From Azolla caroliniana (Eukaryota > Plantae > Polypodiophyta), in the NCBI GenBank assembly GCA_043228905.1, contig JBHGNT010000002.1, positions 15,562,001 to 15,626,000 on the forward strand: a DNA stretch of 64,000 nucleotides, given 5' to 3'. Shown one piece after another: positions 38,301-52,000 of this stretch. A model generated the notes under the pieces. It ran no database searches, was not told the origin of the DNA, and saw only the letters and a list, made by a program, of their open reading frames with translations. The position numbers were made by a program, and so were the translations under genes. Within the stretch, counting starts at the first letter, position 1, and every line of letters starts with the position of its first letter.

Positions 38301-40522
38301 ACACCTGATCCTTCGTCTTCAACGGTGTGGCCCACAACTTCTGGCTATGGTCATCTATGAACGTCACGAAGTACTGTGATCCGGCATGTGACTTCGTGTC
38401 CACTTGACACACATCAGTATGCACCAGCTCCAATGGTGCCTTACGTCTCATCGATGGCCTTGAGCAGAAGGAGGTCCAGTTTTGCTTGCCGGCCAGGTAG
38501 TCGGTGCACTTCTCAAGATGCACGTCTTTCACCGGAATGAGGTTGTCATCTGCAAGCTTCCTCATCCCCTTCTCCCTCATGTGACAAAGTCTCTTGTGCC
38601 ACAACTCACTGGCAATGTTGGATGCAACGTTCACTTCTTCCGGACATAACCGGGCATTCATTAGGTACAATGTGTTGACCTTCCATGCCCGAGCCACTAT
38701 CAGGCTCCCCTTGCTGAACTTCATGACACCATTCTGGATGCTACCCGTGTAGCCTTCATCATCTAGCCGGCCGGCTGATATCAGGTTCAGTTGAACCTCC
38801 GGAATGTGTCAGACATCCTTCAGCAGCAACTTGCATCCGGATGGTGTTGTCAGCCACACGTCTCCTATGCCGACAATTTGGCATGTACCTTCATTTCCCA
38901 TCCAGACACAACCGTGGTCACCGGCTGTGTAGGATGAGAAGCATTTCCGGTCCGGGGTCGGATGGAACGACACTCCGGAATCGACAACCCATGTTGTCTC
39001 GTCGCCGGCAAGGTTCAACTCACTCTCCTTGGTGATGAGCATCAACTCTTCTTCACTTGCCACGATTGCCATCGTTCCCTTCAAGTACGGTCCTCTCTGG
39101 TCTTTGCCGTTCCGGTCCGGTGATTGCTTCGAATCTGTATTGTTGGTTTCCTTGTCTTTCCGGAAATGCCAACAGTTCTTCTGGAAGTGCCCCGACTTCC
39201 CACAGTAGAAGCAAGTGGTCCTTCCTCTTGACTTTGACCGTGTCCCCGACTTTTCCCGGTTCTGGGGACTCCGGTTCCTTTGTCTTCCGCGTTCTGATTC
39301 GGTAAGAAGCGCTTTGGAGTCAGAGCTCGTATCCATGTCTTTCCGACACGCCTCCTCATCTAGCAAGCTCGACTTGACTCTTCCTAGGGATAATTGTTTT
39401 CCTTCCGGCCCGACGTTGCCCAAAGTGACAACTAACGTCTCCTAGCTATCTGGGAGGGAACCGAGTAGGAGTAATGCTAGTACCTCATTGGCGAGAGGTA
39501 CTTCCAACGATGTTGCCTGGTGAATCAGCCTCTAGAAGGCATTCATGTGCTACGCCATGTTGGAGGCATCTTGGTACCGGAGTCTTACTAGCTTCTGGAA
39601 AACTGAACAACATTTTTGTTCTGAAACATAATGTTGATCTTCTCCCAGAGCTCATGAGCCTTGCTCTCTTCATTGAAGTTGTTGTACAGGCTTATGTCGA
39701 TGAAGCACCATATGTACGCCGTTGTCTTCATGTGCATCACCTCCCATATCGTGGCATTGATCTTGTCCGGTCTCTTGTCCCTGAACTGAACCGGCAACCA
39801 AAGATCTTTAACCACGAGAATGTCCCTCATCTTCGACTTCCACACTGAGTAGTTAGAGCCGGTGAGCTTGAACATGCCGCCAAATGAATCTTCCATTTTC
39901 TGTGTTGTTTCGCTCTGATACCAGTTTGTCAGGAGTATGCGGAATATTGCTCGGCCACAACCGAGTCTTAGGATCAATCACAGAAAGATGGGAATAAGAA
40001 GAAATGCACATATACACACAAACAGTAGGGCAAGAGAAAGTACACTGGATGTTTACGTGGAAAACCCTGAACGGGAAAAACCACGGGAGCCCACTACCTC
40101 CAAACTATCAGTATGTCTAGAAGAATACAATAGGAGGAGCACAGAGGCAACGAACTCGCGCTCTCAATCTTCGCCAACAGGTGGTTACAACAGAGATTGT
40201 TCAGGTTTCTCTCTCTCTGTTACGCTCTGTACAGTAGTTGCACCGATAACTCTATGCATAAAAAATAATGACAACACATTGATGCTTTACAAAACATGTT
40301 TGCCCTAAGTCATATTTATACTGATATGACTTTAGGACTATTTACAGATATAGCCCCAATGGGCTCTCAGAAACATAATTACATATATGTCACTTCATCC
40401 GGTGAGAGGCTCTCACCGGGCCTGCATCATCCGATTCTCACCGGTTCCTCCTTGCCAGGTACACATCATTCGGTTCTCACCGGGCCTTCATCATCCCATC
40501 CGGAGGGACCGAAATCCTAACA
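35317..40522 (-). mobile_element. Full-length degenerate Tnt1-like copia
   Basis: 596-bp LTRs 35317-35912 and 39927-40522. TSD GAAAA. PBS TGGTATCAGAGC 39912-39923. PPT next to 35913. gag-PR(WVVDSG)-IN-RT-RH fragments homologous to 15854-32944. Confidence 0.96.
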
Positions 40523-40615
40523 GAAAATCCATATGAGCATTGGAGCATGCTTTGACTAGTTTCATGACATCGGTTGCTCTAAAGGAGCAAGTGCACCCAT
40601 AACATTGTTGACTGA

Positions 40616-43600
40616 ATGAAAGTGGTAACATGGAATGTGAGAGGGGCATGTTCTCCTCATAAGAAGTATATATTATGGCAAACTTTATTAAGTAAAAAAT
40701 GGGATATACTAGGTGCAGTTGAGCATAAGTGTCATGAGTTACCAAGATCCACAGTTCATTTGCGTGGATATTCAGGTGTGGTATTAATCGTGTGGGATAA
40801 GTATTTTTCTTAGGTGGTGCATAATGATCCTTATGGTTGGTTTTTGGTTCTAGAAATCACTTTTTTTGGCAAGGTTGTGTGGGTGGTTGGGATTTATGCC
40901 CCTAACCAAGCCACTCAACGTATTGCATTATGAGGCTCACTTCGTCAAACCCTATGTGTGGGCCATCCAAGATTACTTATGGGTGATTTTAACATGTGTG
41001 TTGATGCATCTCAATCTACGTCTGAACATTCAATCATGGATGATCCTGAGCAACTTGTTTAGGATTCATTGGCTATGGAGGTTTTGAAGTTGGATGTTTG
41101 GACATGGTTGCATGGGAATGATCTAGGTTTTACTTTCCAATCCGCTCAAAATAGACAAACATGGAGTCGGTTAGATAGAATGTATGTGATGCACAATGAT
41201 TCTCTTTTACCGACATCACTTCGTATGGCAATTTTACAAGATGTAGGAACTTCAGATCACTTTCCTATTTGTTTGGAGATTTGTGGTCATGCAATTGACA
41301 TGTATAAATCCTTACTTGGAAAGCCTCCATTACGCTTTAACTCTTCTCTTTTGCTTCAACCTCACTTCGATTCTCTCATGGAGCAAATTTTGGTAAATTT
41401 TTCACAAGAAGTGAATCTTAAAGGAGTTAAAGCATGGGATATCACATTACGAAATATTAAGATCATTCATCGTATGTATGGAGTAACTAATGCTCAATGA
41501 AGAAGAGGTCTTCTTCTAAAATTCTCACAAGTTCTCTCTAGGTGTAATGCAATATTGATACGTGCACCTTTAGATGAGGAGCTTTTGGATATCCAAAGTC
41601 AATTGTATGTTATTATTTCTCAGTTGCAATGCCAAAGTTATCGTTATGCGCAGATGCGACAATTGAGGGATGGGCTCATAGATAATCAATGTCAATCCCA
41701 TTTGTTTTTCCAAGCATTACATCCTACTTATACTCGATCTAATGTGGTACATGTGAAGCAAGGTGATGAATGGATAGTGGATCTTACTAAAATAATTGAC
41801 GTATGTGTTCATTACTTTAAGGAGTTGATTGGTCCACAATTGTTAATGAAAAATGAGGTGAGTAGAGCACGCCATGAGTTTTATGATGTGGTTGGATGTA
41901 TTGTGCATGACCTCATTAGTCATGAATTGGATGCGGATTTCACTAAGGATGAGGTGGACACAGTTTTAAGGCATCTTCCTAGTGGTAAGAGCCCTGGTTG
42001 GGATGGCTTGACAAATGAATTTTTTAAGAGATATTCACACATTTTAAAGGGGCCCTTAACTTTGATGTTTCAACATTCTTGGTATTTTGGTCGTATGCCT
42101 CAAGCTTGGAAGGTTGGTCTAATTAAATTAGTTCCAAAGGTGGCATCTCCAGAGTCATTTCATCAATGGAGACCTATTTCTTTGATGGGGGTGTTATATA
42201 AGATATTTACAAAGGTCTTCGCAAATAGATTACAAAAGTATTTGCCAAAGTTGATACATCCCACCCAATATGGTTTTATTGCGAGTAGGAATATATTGCA
42301 TAATGTGTTGAATGTTCAAATGGCCATGGATTATGCTCGAAACACTCATCAAGAATTGATTATGGTGCAATTAGATTTGGAGAAAGCTTATGATCATGTT
42401 AATTGGTCCTTTGTTTCTGGGTTAATGTATACAATGGGCTTTGGACCTCATATGTCTCGCCTCATATTTTTATTAGGTCAAGATGCGGTGTCTCGAGTCA
42501 TGCTTAATGGAGGAGTTACATCAGATATTGCCCTTACAAGATTTGTTCGTCAAGGATGCCCTATTAGTCCGTTGTTGTTTGCTAGTGTTACTCATCCCTT
42601 GTTAGTGATGTTATCAAGGCTTGCAACAAATGGTGATATTGTGGGTCTACACCTTCCGTCTGGAGGTCAACTAGTTGCACAAGCTTTGGCTGATGATTCT
42701 TTCATGTTTCTACAAGCCTCACGACATAATCTTGAGAAGGGGATGCTTGTATGGAACCAATTTGCATTGACTTCCGGATTACATATTAATTGGAGGAAGT
42801 CTAGTCTCATATCATGTACTAAAAGGGATTTGGAATGTTTAGGATGGCAAGGATCAGTGGTGAAGAAAGGCTCTATTTTTCGACACTTGGGCTATCCATT
42901 AGGAATGAATGTTACAAATGGTCAATTGATTGAATGAATGTCTAGTAAGTTGAGGGATAAGTTCATGTATTGGAAATCACAATTGTGGCCATTTCATGTA
43001 CGTTTTAAGGTTGTACAATGTATTATGGAACCTATGATATTATATTATTTGCCATTGCTACCATGGACAAAGAAGGCTTTGCATTCTATTTTGCAACCTC
43101 TTCGATATTTGTTGTGGAAGAAAAGGGATAATATGGGAATCACTTGGGTTGCATGGAATCATCTAGCAACTCCTAAGCGCTTCGGGGGAGCTAGAGTATT
43201 GAACTTATCCAAGCATATGATGGCTCATATATTTTCATTATTACAAGACGTGTTAAAACTCACAACCATGGATATCTATTGTTCAATATTTCGTTGAGAA
43301 CAAGGGTTTAACACATGGGAGGACAACAATTAAGGCTTCATGGTGGCAATTACTAAATGGATGTATTTCACTTAGGATTCTGGGCCCTACATGTGTTCAA
43401 CACTTGGTTACCTCATGGCAAGAAGCACTCTTGTTATGTGTATGGAAACCATCATCTAGTAGAGAGCATTGTAATTCTTTGCAAAAAGAGTTACTTGTGT
43501 CTTCTCAGTTATTATATTGGCCAGGATAGGAGAGATTACGCTCTCAATTTAATTGTTTGTTTCGTTTGGGGGTCAAAGAGGTGGGAGATATAGTTGAGGC

Positions 43601-44351
43601 TCCATCTCAAAGAATTTTGGAGTTTGTTGAAGCACGACAATTATTACGCATTCCGCCTAATTATGGGTTTATTTGGCAACAACTACGAAATATTCCATTG
43701 ATGCAAGGTCCCTTACCTCTTCAAACAGGAGAACAACCATGGATTGATTGGTGTTTAAAGGGTCAAACATCGTTGTTACAAGTGACTACTAATCTTTTGT
43801 ATCATTGCTGTCATGAACACATGCTTGGTTCTGACAATTGCTCTGTTGAGTCTCTTGGATGGTTATCATCTAAGGCTGAAGAAGAATGGAGATTACACAA
43901 ATCTGATCATGGGTGGTGGCAAATCTTACAACGTAGTTGGCATTCTAAATTGCCACTTGTACCAAAGGTCTTCATTTGGAGAATTTTGATTGGAGGATTG
44001 CCTTTGGGATTAGCTCTAAAGCGTCGTGGACTAGTAATGGGTAATTGCTTTTTTTGCACTATTCAAATGGAAGATAGTACTCATCGATTTATACAATGCC
44101 CGATTGCTTCTCAGGTTTGGAGTTACACTTCTCAAATTTCGCAAGTTTTATCACAGTGTTATTTGACACCTAGACAGTGGGTGTTTGCACAATTTACACA
44201 AGTGGACCCAAAGTCACAGATGGAGATTGTTTTTCTATTTTCGAGATATTGGGGATTGCGTCATAATTGGAATATGCGCAACGCTTTTGTATTCGATGGT
44301 AACCATGGAGTGAAAGCATATCTACGAAAGTTGAACGGAGTACTAATGTGA
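40616..44351 (+). pseudogene. LINE ORF2 (APE-RT-zf-RVT), multiple stops and frameshifts
   Basis: ORF fragments 40616-40813, 41069-41500, 41555-42937, 42938-43297 and 43557-44351. Confidence 0.92.
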
Positions 44352-44539
44352 CAATTTTCCTTATTGGAGCAAGTGCAAATCCTTTCCTCGGTGGAATGTT
44401 CATCTTGCCTATTAGCAATTCAACATGTTCCATTACCCATGTAGTGTAGTGTAGTTAGTGGGTGACCATACTTCATGGTCACACCCATTGTAAGTAGTGT
44501 TTTGTACACATATTTATTATAATAATTGTGTGTTTTCAC

Positions 44540-44542
<3 letters not shown>

Positions 44543-44587
<45 letters not shown>
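44543..44587. repeat. (AG)n microsatellite, about 22 units
   Basis: Pure AG run lying between the 3' ends of two oppositely oriented LINEs. Confidence 0.97.
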
Positions 44588-44591
<4 letters not shown>

Positions 44592-45845
44592 ATTATCATC
44601 TTCGGAGGTCAAATATGACCAATGAGACCAAAAATATTACATTTCACGTGATACGTTGTCGTGAAGAAAACCAGCCATAGGCAGAATCGGAGAGAAAGCG
44701 CGTAAACCGGCCCCTACACGGATGGACGCGTGACTGGATACTTTGTACGCGAACCGGTGGATGTGACTACTAAGCCACATGCATTTATTAGAGGGGATTG
44801 TGCATATCCCAAAGGGGGACAGGGGATAAAAGGCAAGAGGAGAAAGAAAAGAGGGATATCGCACGCGAGGGAGAAGAAAAAGGGCTGCTGCAGAAGGGAA
44901 ACCGAGCTCTCTCTCTACTCCTCGAGCCGTTGTTCACTGTGGGTCCGTCGCCGCCTGTGGGAGTGCACGGCCTCTGCTTCGTGGACAACCCGTGTGCTTC
45001 CAGCAGAGTCGCTCCCTTTTCCCTTTGTTTCTTGGAGTCGGGTGACTGTCATCGCTGTGCGTGAGTAGGGTCCCCGTGTCGGGTCCGTCGCCACCACGTC
45101 GGTTGTAACTGTCAAGGATTGTAATCTGTTGTCATTATAACTAAGTGTTATGATTCTATCTCTTTCCTTCTCGCTTTTCGTGTCGGTGAATCTCTCTCTG
45201 TCTCTCTCTCTTTCTCGCTCCTCGGTCCAAGACCCCCGTGGTCCCGCCCCTTTCCACACGTACGCACGTAATAACGCGACAATGTGTGAAGGTGAGTAGC
45301 GACTCTCGATGTTCAAGAACTTTACCAATGAATCTTGCAATCGAGAGTGCATATCGTGGTTGTGAGAGAAATTCGTGCAAGGATTGGGCTTGATCGAAGA
45401 GATGTGGAAAGCATGGTCGAATATGATCAAAGGTAGAGCATTGTATCAAAGTGTGATACTCAGACTCTCGAACTTGTTTAGGGCAAAGTCTGCATAGTCG
45501 GCCACTCTCATCACTTGTGCCCCAACGCCCTGTCTCACATCTCAATGCATGCGAGCTAAGTTGCATGGAAGCAATGGTTCGAATGGCAAATATCAGGATG
45601 GGCTCTAACATGTATCGATGTGTACGACTTCCCCGATCTACGAAGAATATAGTTTTGTAGTTAGGTGCAACATTTGTAGTATAATGTGTGACGCATGAGC
45701 CACCACATTTGTCCCATGTCATGATACATTGGCGTTGCAAAAAGGCCTCATTTACAGAGGAATCTAGTGACGCATCATGAAGCAAGTGTCTTGCATCCCA
45801 TCTACCAAACCAATTTTCTAAATCTTGCATCCAACTGGAACACAA
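44588..45845 (-). mobile_element. 3' fragment of an RTEX/CR1-like LINE, interrupted by a solo LTR and ending at (TC)n
   Basis: QLSSHALRCETGRW...RLCRLCPKQVRESEYHTLIQC is a typical non-LTR C-terminal motif. The ORF resumes and stops just past the solo LTR, followed by a short 3' UTR and the microsatellite. Confidence 0.72.
44657..45281. mobile_element. Solo LTR (625 bp) with TGTCGTG...CGCGACA termini
   Basis: Terminal inverted TGTCG/CGACA as in the Gag-only family. 4-bp flanks ACGT/ATGT. It interrupts the LINE ORF. Confidence 0.72.
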
Positions 45846-45907
45846 AATTTCACTTTTATGTGTATTTTAGATATTTTTGCTTGCTTCCCATGCAATTCTA
45901 GGAAGTC

Positions 45908-46490
45908 TGTTGAGCGGCAAGCTCAACCGGAGCCGGATCGGCTGAATAAGCCGGAGCCGGTAAGCGAGACGAATCGGGCGAAACGGATCGGTATGACGGT
46001 GAGCAACCGAACCGGCAAGTAGTGGAGGCCGGGTGCAATCCGTAACCGGCAGTCCAATCGGAAGCCTAGAATAGGATAGACTACTAGGTATCTATAGTCT
46101 CGTAGTAAGTGTCAGATGCTCGTGTGAGCATTGAAGTACATGGTACTTCTGTCAGTCCCAAGAGGACTTGTATAAATAGTGCTACTTAGCACAATGTGTA
46201 TATGCAGAGTCATGATATAATTTTGAAATTACGTTCTGCTCTCTCTCTCTGTCTCTATCTCTCTCTCTCTCTCTCTCTCTGTGTTGTTCTCTGTTTTACG
46301 CTTCCGCAAACACTTACGTTCACATGGTATCAGAGCGCGAGGGTTGAGAACCTCTACTGCAGACATTTACTCTTGAGAAGAAAACCCTAACAGGTCGAAA
46401 ACAGACACAGTAGAAGACATGGATAGAGGCATGGCTACGTCGCTCCCGGTGGAGAAGCTCGACAGGAGCAACTACGCATCCTGGTCTTAA
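45908..46490 (+). mobile_element. Copia 5' LTR + PBS + first gag codons (second copia type), truncated
   Basis: LTR TGTTGAGCGGCAAGCTCAAC...TTCACA (45908-46324), PBS TGGTATCAGAGC 46325-46336, gag MDRGMATSLPVEKLDRSNYASWS from 46419. Confidence 0.85.
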
Positions 46491-47589
46491 CATATGTCAA
46501 CACGAAAACTCTCGCCCTATTCCTTCTTTCCATAGAAACGTCAAAAATTCGTCGAAGTACTCCTTGCCTCCATCCGACCGAAGACATCGTACGTGTCGGC
46601 CCGTGGCTTTCTCGACTTCATTCTTAAATTTTTGGAAGTGTCCAAACACTTCACTCTTTTGTCGCATGGGGTAGATCCAGGTGTGCTTGGAGAAGTCATC
46701 AATGAAGGCCACATAGTATTGGCATCCACCGAATGTAGCCGTCTGAGCCGGACCCCATACATCGAAATGAATTACGTCGAGTACGCCTTTGCTCACGTTC
46801 TGCTCCTTCGGAAATGGGTGTCGATGTTGCTTGCCGAATTGGCAAGCAGCACACACGCCTTCAATCTCTTTCTCCGTGAATGTCGGGAGCCCGATGACGA
46901 CTCCCTTCGATTGCATTGCCTTGAGCTTTTGGAGGTTTATGTGGCCAATCTGCTTGTGCCATAACTCTATGTCGGAATCGGCTTTCATGCCCTTTGTGAA
47001 CATGGCTGATTTCATCTCATGTGAGTTGAGAATGAACATTCGGCCCTCTCTTCGTCCGCGAGCGATGAGTCGGCCCTCTTTTTCAATGAACTAACCGCCT
47101 TGATTAAATCGTACTTGCATTCCTTGCTCTACAATTTGGCCGACGGAGACCAAATTCTTCATGATAGTTGGTACATTCAAGACATTTTTAATATAAGTTT
47201 TCTTACCTTCTTCTCCGAACAGAACATTGCCGATGTACCGAATCGGGTGCGTAGTGTTGTCTTCGGTTTCGACATAGCCGGGTCGGTTCAGCTCTTGAAG
47301 TTCTCAGAACCATTCTTGATGCGACGTCATATGGTTCGAGGCACCGGAATCGACGAACCATACATCTTCCGGACCGGAGGCATTAGTAGAAGTAGAGGCC
47401 GACATAGAATTCGCTATATGTCTCATCACGAACATTCCACCGTGATTATTATAGATCTTGATACTAACGTAAGCTTAAGATAAGGATAATGAAAAGATAG
47501 ATAGAAAGGAGAAAGAGAAAGAAGGGTGCCGATCCACCCGACCACCCCCGAGCAAAGGGATCGAGACGGACTCGAGCCTCGATCGGCGT

Positions 47590-48630
47590 CATGACCATTT
47601 AATATCCCGTGGTAAGAATTTACCGTAGTATTCTATACACGTGGATAAGTGTGAGGGTTAAACGAGAGTGTAAAGGAGGGGAGGATTACTTTTAATCCTC
47701 GGGATTGAGACAACCCATTAGGTCAAGTGTGAACTTGCCTGGGGGCCTTGGGTATCGCTATAAATAAGAGGCCTAGCTACCCTCATTTGATCATCTTTTG
47801 ACTACATCGAGACTCTGCTCGTGGGGTGGGTCAACTTTTGTAGCGAGCGCTCCAGCACCAGGTACGACTCGACGCCACGGCGGTGGTATGGGACGCCGAT
47901 CGAGGCTCGAGTCCGTCTCGATCCCTTCGCTCGGGGGTGGTCGGGTGGATCGGCACCCTTCTTTCTCTTTCTCCTTTCTATCTTTCAATTCTTTATCCTT
48001 ATCTTAAGCTTACATTAGTGCTATGATCTATAATATTTGGTATCAGATATGGGGAATCCAACCCACCGTAAGTGATCACACCTACACGGTGCACTTGGCT
48101 GATGGAAGAGTACAATACATCAACGGGGCGATTCATTCATTAGGAATTTCTATTGATACTTATATAGAGGAAGTAGACTTCCATGTAATGAATCTTTGTA
48201 CCACCGATGTAATACTGGGTTATCCCTGGTTTTATAATAAAAACTCTTCTTTATTTATTGATTGGGTTCGTCATTCCATTTCTTTTGTATTGAACGATTG
48301 TACGCATTTTATTCAATGTGTAAAAAAACAATCCCTCTCGATTGTTTCCTCGTGTCCATCAATATCCGAGTTGTCTTGTTCTACGTTATTTTATTGTGTA
48401 CTTGATCCGGACATTCACGTTTACAATATCGATAATGTCCCGATTCAATTAACATATTTTGAACAACAACAACTTGATGAAATCTTAAATGATTTTCATG
48501 ATGTTTTTCCAAGTGAACTACCTGATGGGTTACCTCCTAAACGTAATATAGACCATCGTATAGATATTGTACCTGGTGTTGCACCAATAAGTATACCTCC
48601 GTATCGCTTAAGTCGATCCGAAGAAGATGA
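47590..48630 (+). mobile_element. Inverted family C fragment (LTR + PBS fused to a PR/RT segment) inside the 3' LTR
   Basis: Reverse-oriented LTR 47590-48035, PBS 48038-48047, then directly [12 protein letters not shown]...[12 protein letters not shown] sequence resumes at about 48632. Confidence 0.9.
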
Positions 48631-49042
48631 AAAGATAAGGATAATGAAAAGATAGATAGAAAGGAGAAAGAGAAAGAAGGGTGCCGATCCACCCGACCAC
48701 CCCCGAGCAAAGGGATCGAGACGGACTCGAGCCTCGATCGGCGTCCCATACCACCGCCGTGGCGTCGAGTCGTACCTGGTGCTGGCGCGCTCGCTACAAG
48801 AGTTGACCCACCACACGAGCAGAGTCTCGATGTAGTCAAAAGATGATCAAATGAGGGTAGCTAGGCCTCTTATTTATAGCGATACCCAAGGCCCCCAGGC
48901 AAGTTCACACTTGACCTAATGGGTTGTCTCAATCCCGAGGATTAAAAGTAATCCTCCCCTTCTTTACACTCTCGTTTAACCCTCACACTTATCCACGTGT
49001 ATAGAATACTACGGTAAATTCTTACCACGGGATATTATATGG

Positions 49043-52000
49043 TCATGCACGTAACATACTCCCCCTCTTTAAAACATTGCACTCTTGCAATGGAAAGTTA
49101 GGGAAGTTAGTTCTAAGAGTAGTTTCGCGTTCCCATGTGGCATCTTTTATTGATTTATCCAGCCATTTTATTTTAAATTCTCGGATTTCTTTAGTACGTA
49201 ATTTTTTTGTTTTAACATCGAGAATTCTTTCTGGTACATGTGGTTTAGAAGATAATTCTTCAGAAGTAACCAGAGTTTCAGTCGTAACTGTATTGTCGCC
49301 AGAACCTAGAAGTTCTTTTAGACGACTCACATGAAAGACTGGATGAATTCCGACACCATCGGGAAGAGCGAGACGATAGGCTGATGACCCAATGCGTTTG
49401 AGGACTGTAAAAGGTCCACAAAACCGTGGGGCTAACTTAGCGCACTTACCCGTAGACAGTGTCTTAGAATTGTGAGGTACACGTAAAAATACCTTTTGTC
49501 CAGGGTTGAATACACGAGGTTGCCTATGATGATCGGCATAAAAACGCGCTCTATCTTGAGCTGTTTTTATATTATCTCGTGCAATATGCAACATATCTTG
49601 CATATCCCGAAGAAAGTTTTGCGTACTTCGCAACTCATCATGATGTATAGTAACATCAATCGGGGCTCGTGGCTGAAAACCATACATCAACATAAAAGGA
49701 CTATATCCCGTCGACGTATGCTTGGAGCTGTTATAAGCAAACTCCAAAATTGGGAGATAACGTTCCCATTTTGTTGGTTTTGCACCAACGTATGCTCGAA
49801 GCATGTCCTCAATAATTTGATTTACTCGTTCTGTCTGTCCATCGGATTGAGGATGATCCATGGAGCTCATGCTCAACGTAGTTTCTAACTTCTTAAAGAC
49901 TTGTGTCCAGAAGTCACTAGTAAACTTTGGATCTCGATCACTCACGATATCCATCGGTAACCCATAAAAACGAAACAATTCGTCAACGAATTGGTAAGCC
50001 AATTCAAGAGCTGTTACCGTGGTTTTAGTAGCAATAAATCTGGCCATTTTAGTTAGTCGATCAACGACAACCCAGATGGCATCATGACCTTTTTGGGTGC
50101 GAGGAAGGCTAACAATAAAATCCATGGATATACTTTCCCACTTATTATTAGGAATGTCCAAGGGATGTAAAAGTCCTGCGGCTTTAAGTCGCTCGGCTTT
50201 GTTAACCTGACACTGGTGACATTTAGTCACATAGCTATGTATGTCATGGCGCATCTTAGGCCAATAAAATTGAGTGGAGATAAGAACGAGTGTACGATGT
50301 ATTCCAGGGTGCCCTGCTGAGGGTGCATCATGGCATTCAAAAAGAATCCTCTTTTTGACCTCGGGTAAATGTGGAACACAAACCTTCCCATTACGGTAGA
50401 GCAAACCGTTAGCAATGTGGAAGTATTACTTCGAGGATGTGGTGGTGTCTGTTCCAGACTCAACTCTTGCCCAGTATTTTGCGAAATAACTGTCATCAGG
50501 ATACTTTCCTCGAAGGTGATCATAAAGATCTGATGATATTTCAGTGAAGCTAAGTGTGTTAACTTCACGGATGCGACTTAGTGCATCAGCGACAATGTTC
50601 ATGGAACCTTTACGATATCGTATGGAAAAATCAAAGTCCTGGAAGAGATCAGCCCATCGTGCCTTACGACCTTTCAGGTCTTGTTGGTCACAAAAATATT
50701 TCAAGGACTCGTGGTCCGTAGTTACCACAAAGTGATTTCCATAAAGATAATGGCGCCATGTTTTGAGCGCATGTATAACTGCAAATAATTCCTTTTCTTG
50801 AACGGTATACCGACATTGAGCAGAATCAAGTTTCTTACTCTCGAATGCTATTGGTTTACCATCTTGATACAAGACAGCACCTATAGCATAATCGCTTGCA
50901 TCGGTTTCAACCTCAAAAGGTTTTGAAGGATCAGGTAAAAGAAGTGAAGGAGCCTTGCAAACTAGGTCCTTGAGTTCCTTAAATGCAAGGTCTAGTGTAG
51001 CATTCCACACAATAGGTTTTGTAGACTTACGCGTTTGACCTTTTAAAAGATCAGTAAACGGCATCGTCAATTGGGAGTAATTACGAAGAGACTTTCGCAA
51101 AAACCCGACAAAACCAAGGAATGATCGAACTTCTCGAATATTCCGAAGAGTGGGCCAAAGCTTGATTTTCTCAATGCGAGAAGGATCAATTTCAACTCCT
51201 CGTTCGGTTATGAGATGTCCTAGATAAGTAATTGATTTCTTGAAGAACTCACATTTTGAGATCTTCGCATAAAACTGTTTGTCACGCAATGTTTATAAAA
51301 CAAAGCGGACATGTCTAGCATGTTCTTGTAATGTACGGCTATAAACTAAAATATCATCCAAGAAAATAACGACAAATTTTCCAAGTTGTTCTCGGAAAAT
51401 GTCATTCATTTCTTGTTGAAAAGTAGCCGGAGCATTGGTCAAACCAAAAGGCATAACCAAAAACTCGTAATGGCCATAGCGCGTACGAAATGCCGTTTTA
51501 GGAACATCGTCCTCACTTATTCGTATTTGATGGTAGCCAGTACGGAGATCAAGTTTCGTAAAATACCTAGCTCCCTGGAGACGGTCAATTAGATCATCAG
51601 CCCGGGGCAATGGATACGAATTCTTGATCGTCACTTTATTCAAGCGTCGGTAATTAATACACATACGCCATGTGCCGTCTTTCTTTTTAACCAAGAGAAC
51701 TGGTGCACCCCATGGAGATTTACTATAACGTATATAACCCATTCGTAAATAGTCCTTGAGTTGCTTAGATACCTCATCTTCTTCGGATCGACTTAAGCGA
51801 TACGGAGGTATACTTATTGGTGCAACACCAGGTACAATATCTATACGATGGTCTATATTACGTTTAGGAGGTAACCCATCAGGTAGTTCACTTGGAAAAA
51901 CATCATGAAAATCATTTAAGATTTCATCAAGTTGTTGTTGTTCAAAATATGTTAATTGAATCGGGACATTATCGATATTGTAAACGTGAATGTCCAGATC

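Larger units (their letters stand above)
34587..44542 (+). mobile_element. L1-clade LINE (partial ORF1 + degenerate ORF2), interrupted by a copia
   Basis: ORF1 knuckle-like HCFGCGEWGRFMAKC (about 34716-34762). ORF2 begins MKVVTWNVRGA at 40616 (APE endonuclease; GDFN, SRLDR, SDHFP). RT motifs KSPGWDG, WRPISL, DLEKAYD, RQGCPISP, ALADD. zf-RVT CFFC...HRFIQC. Confidence 0.92.
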
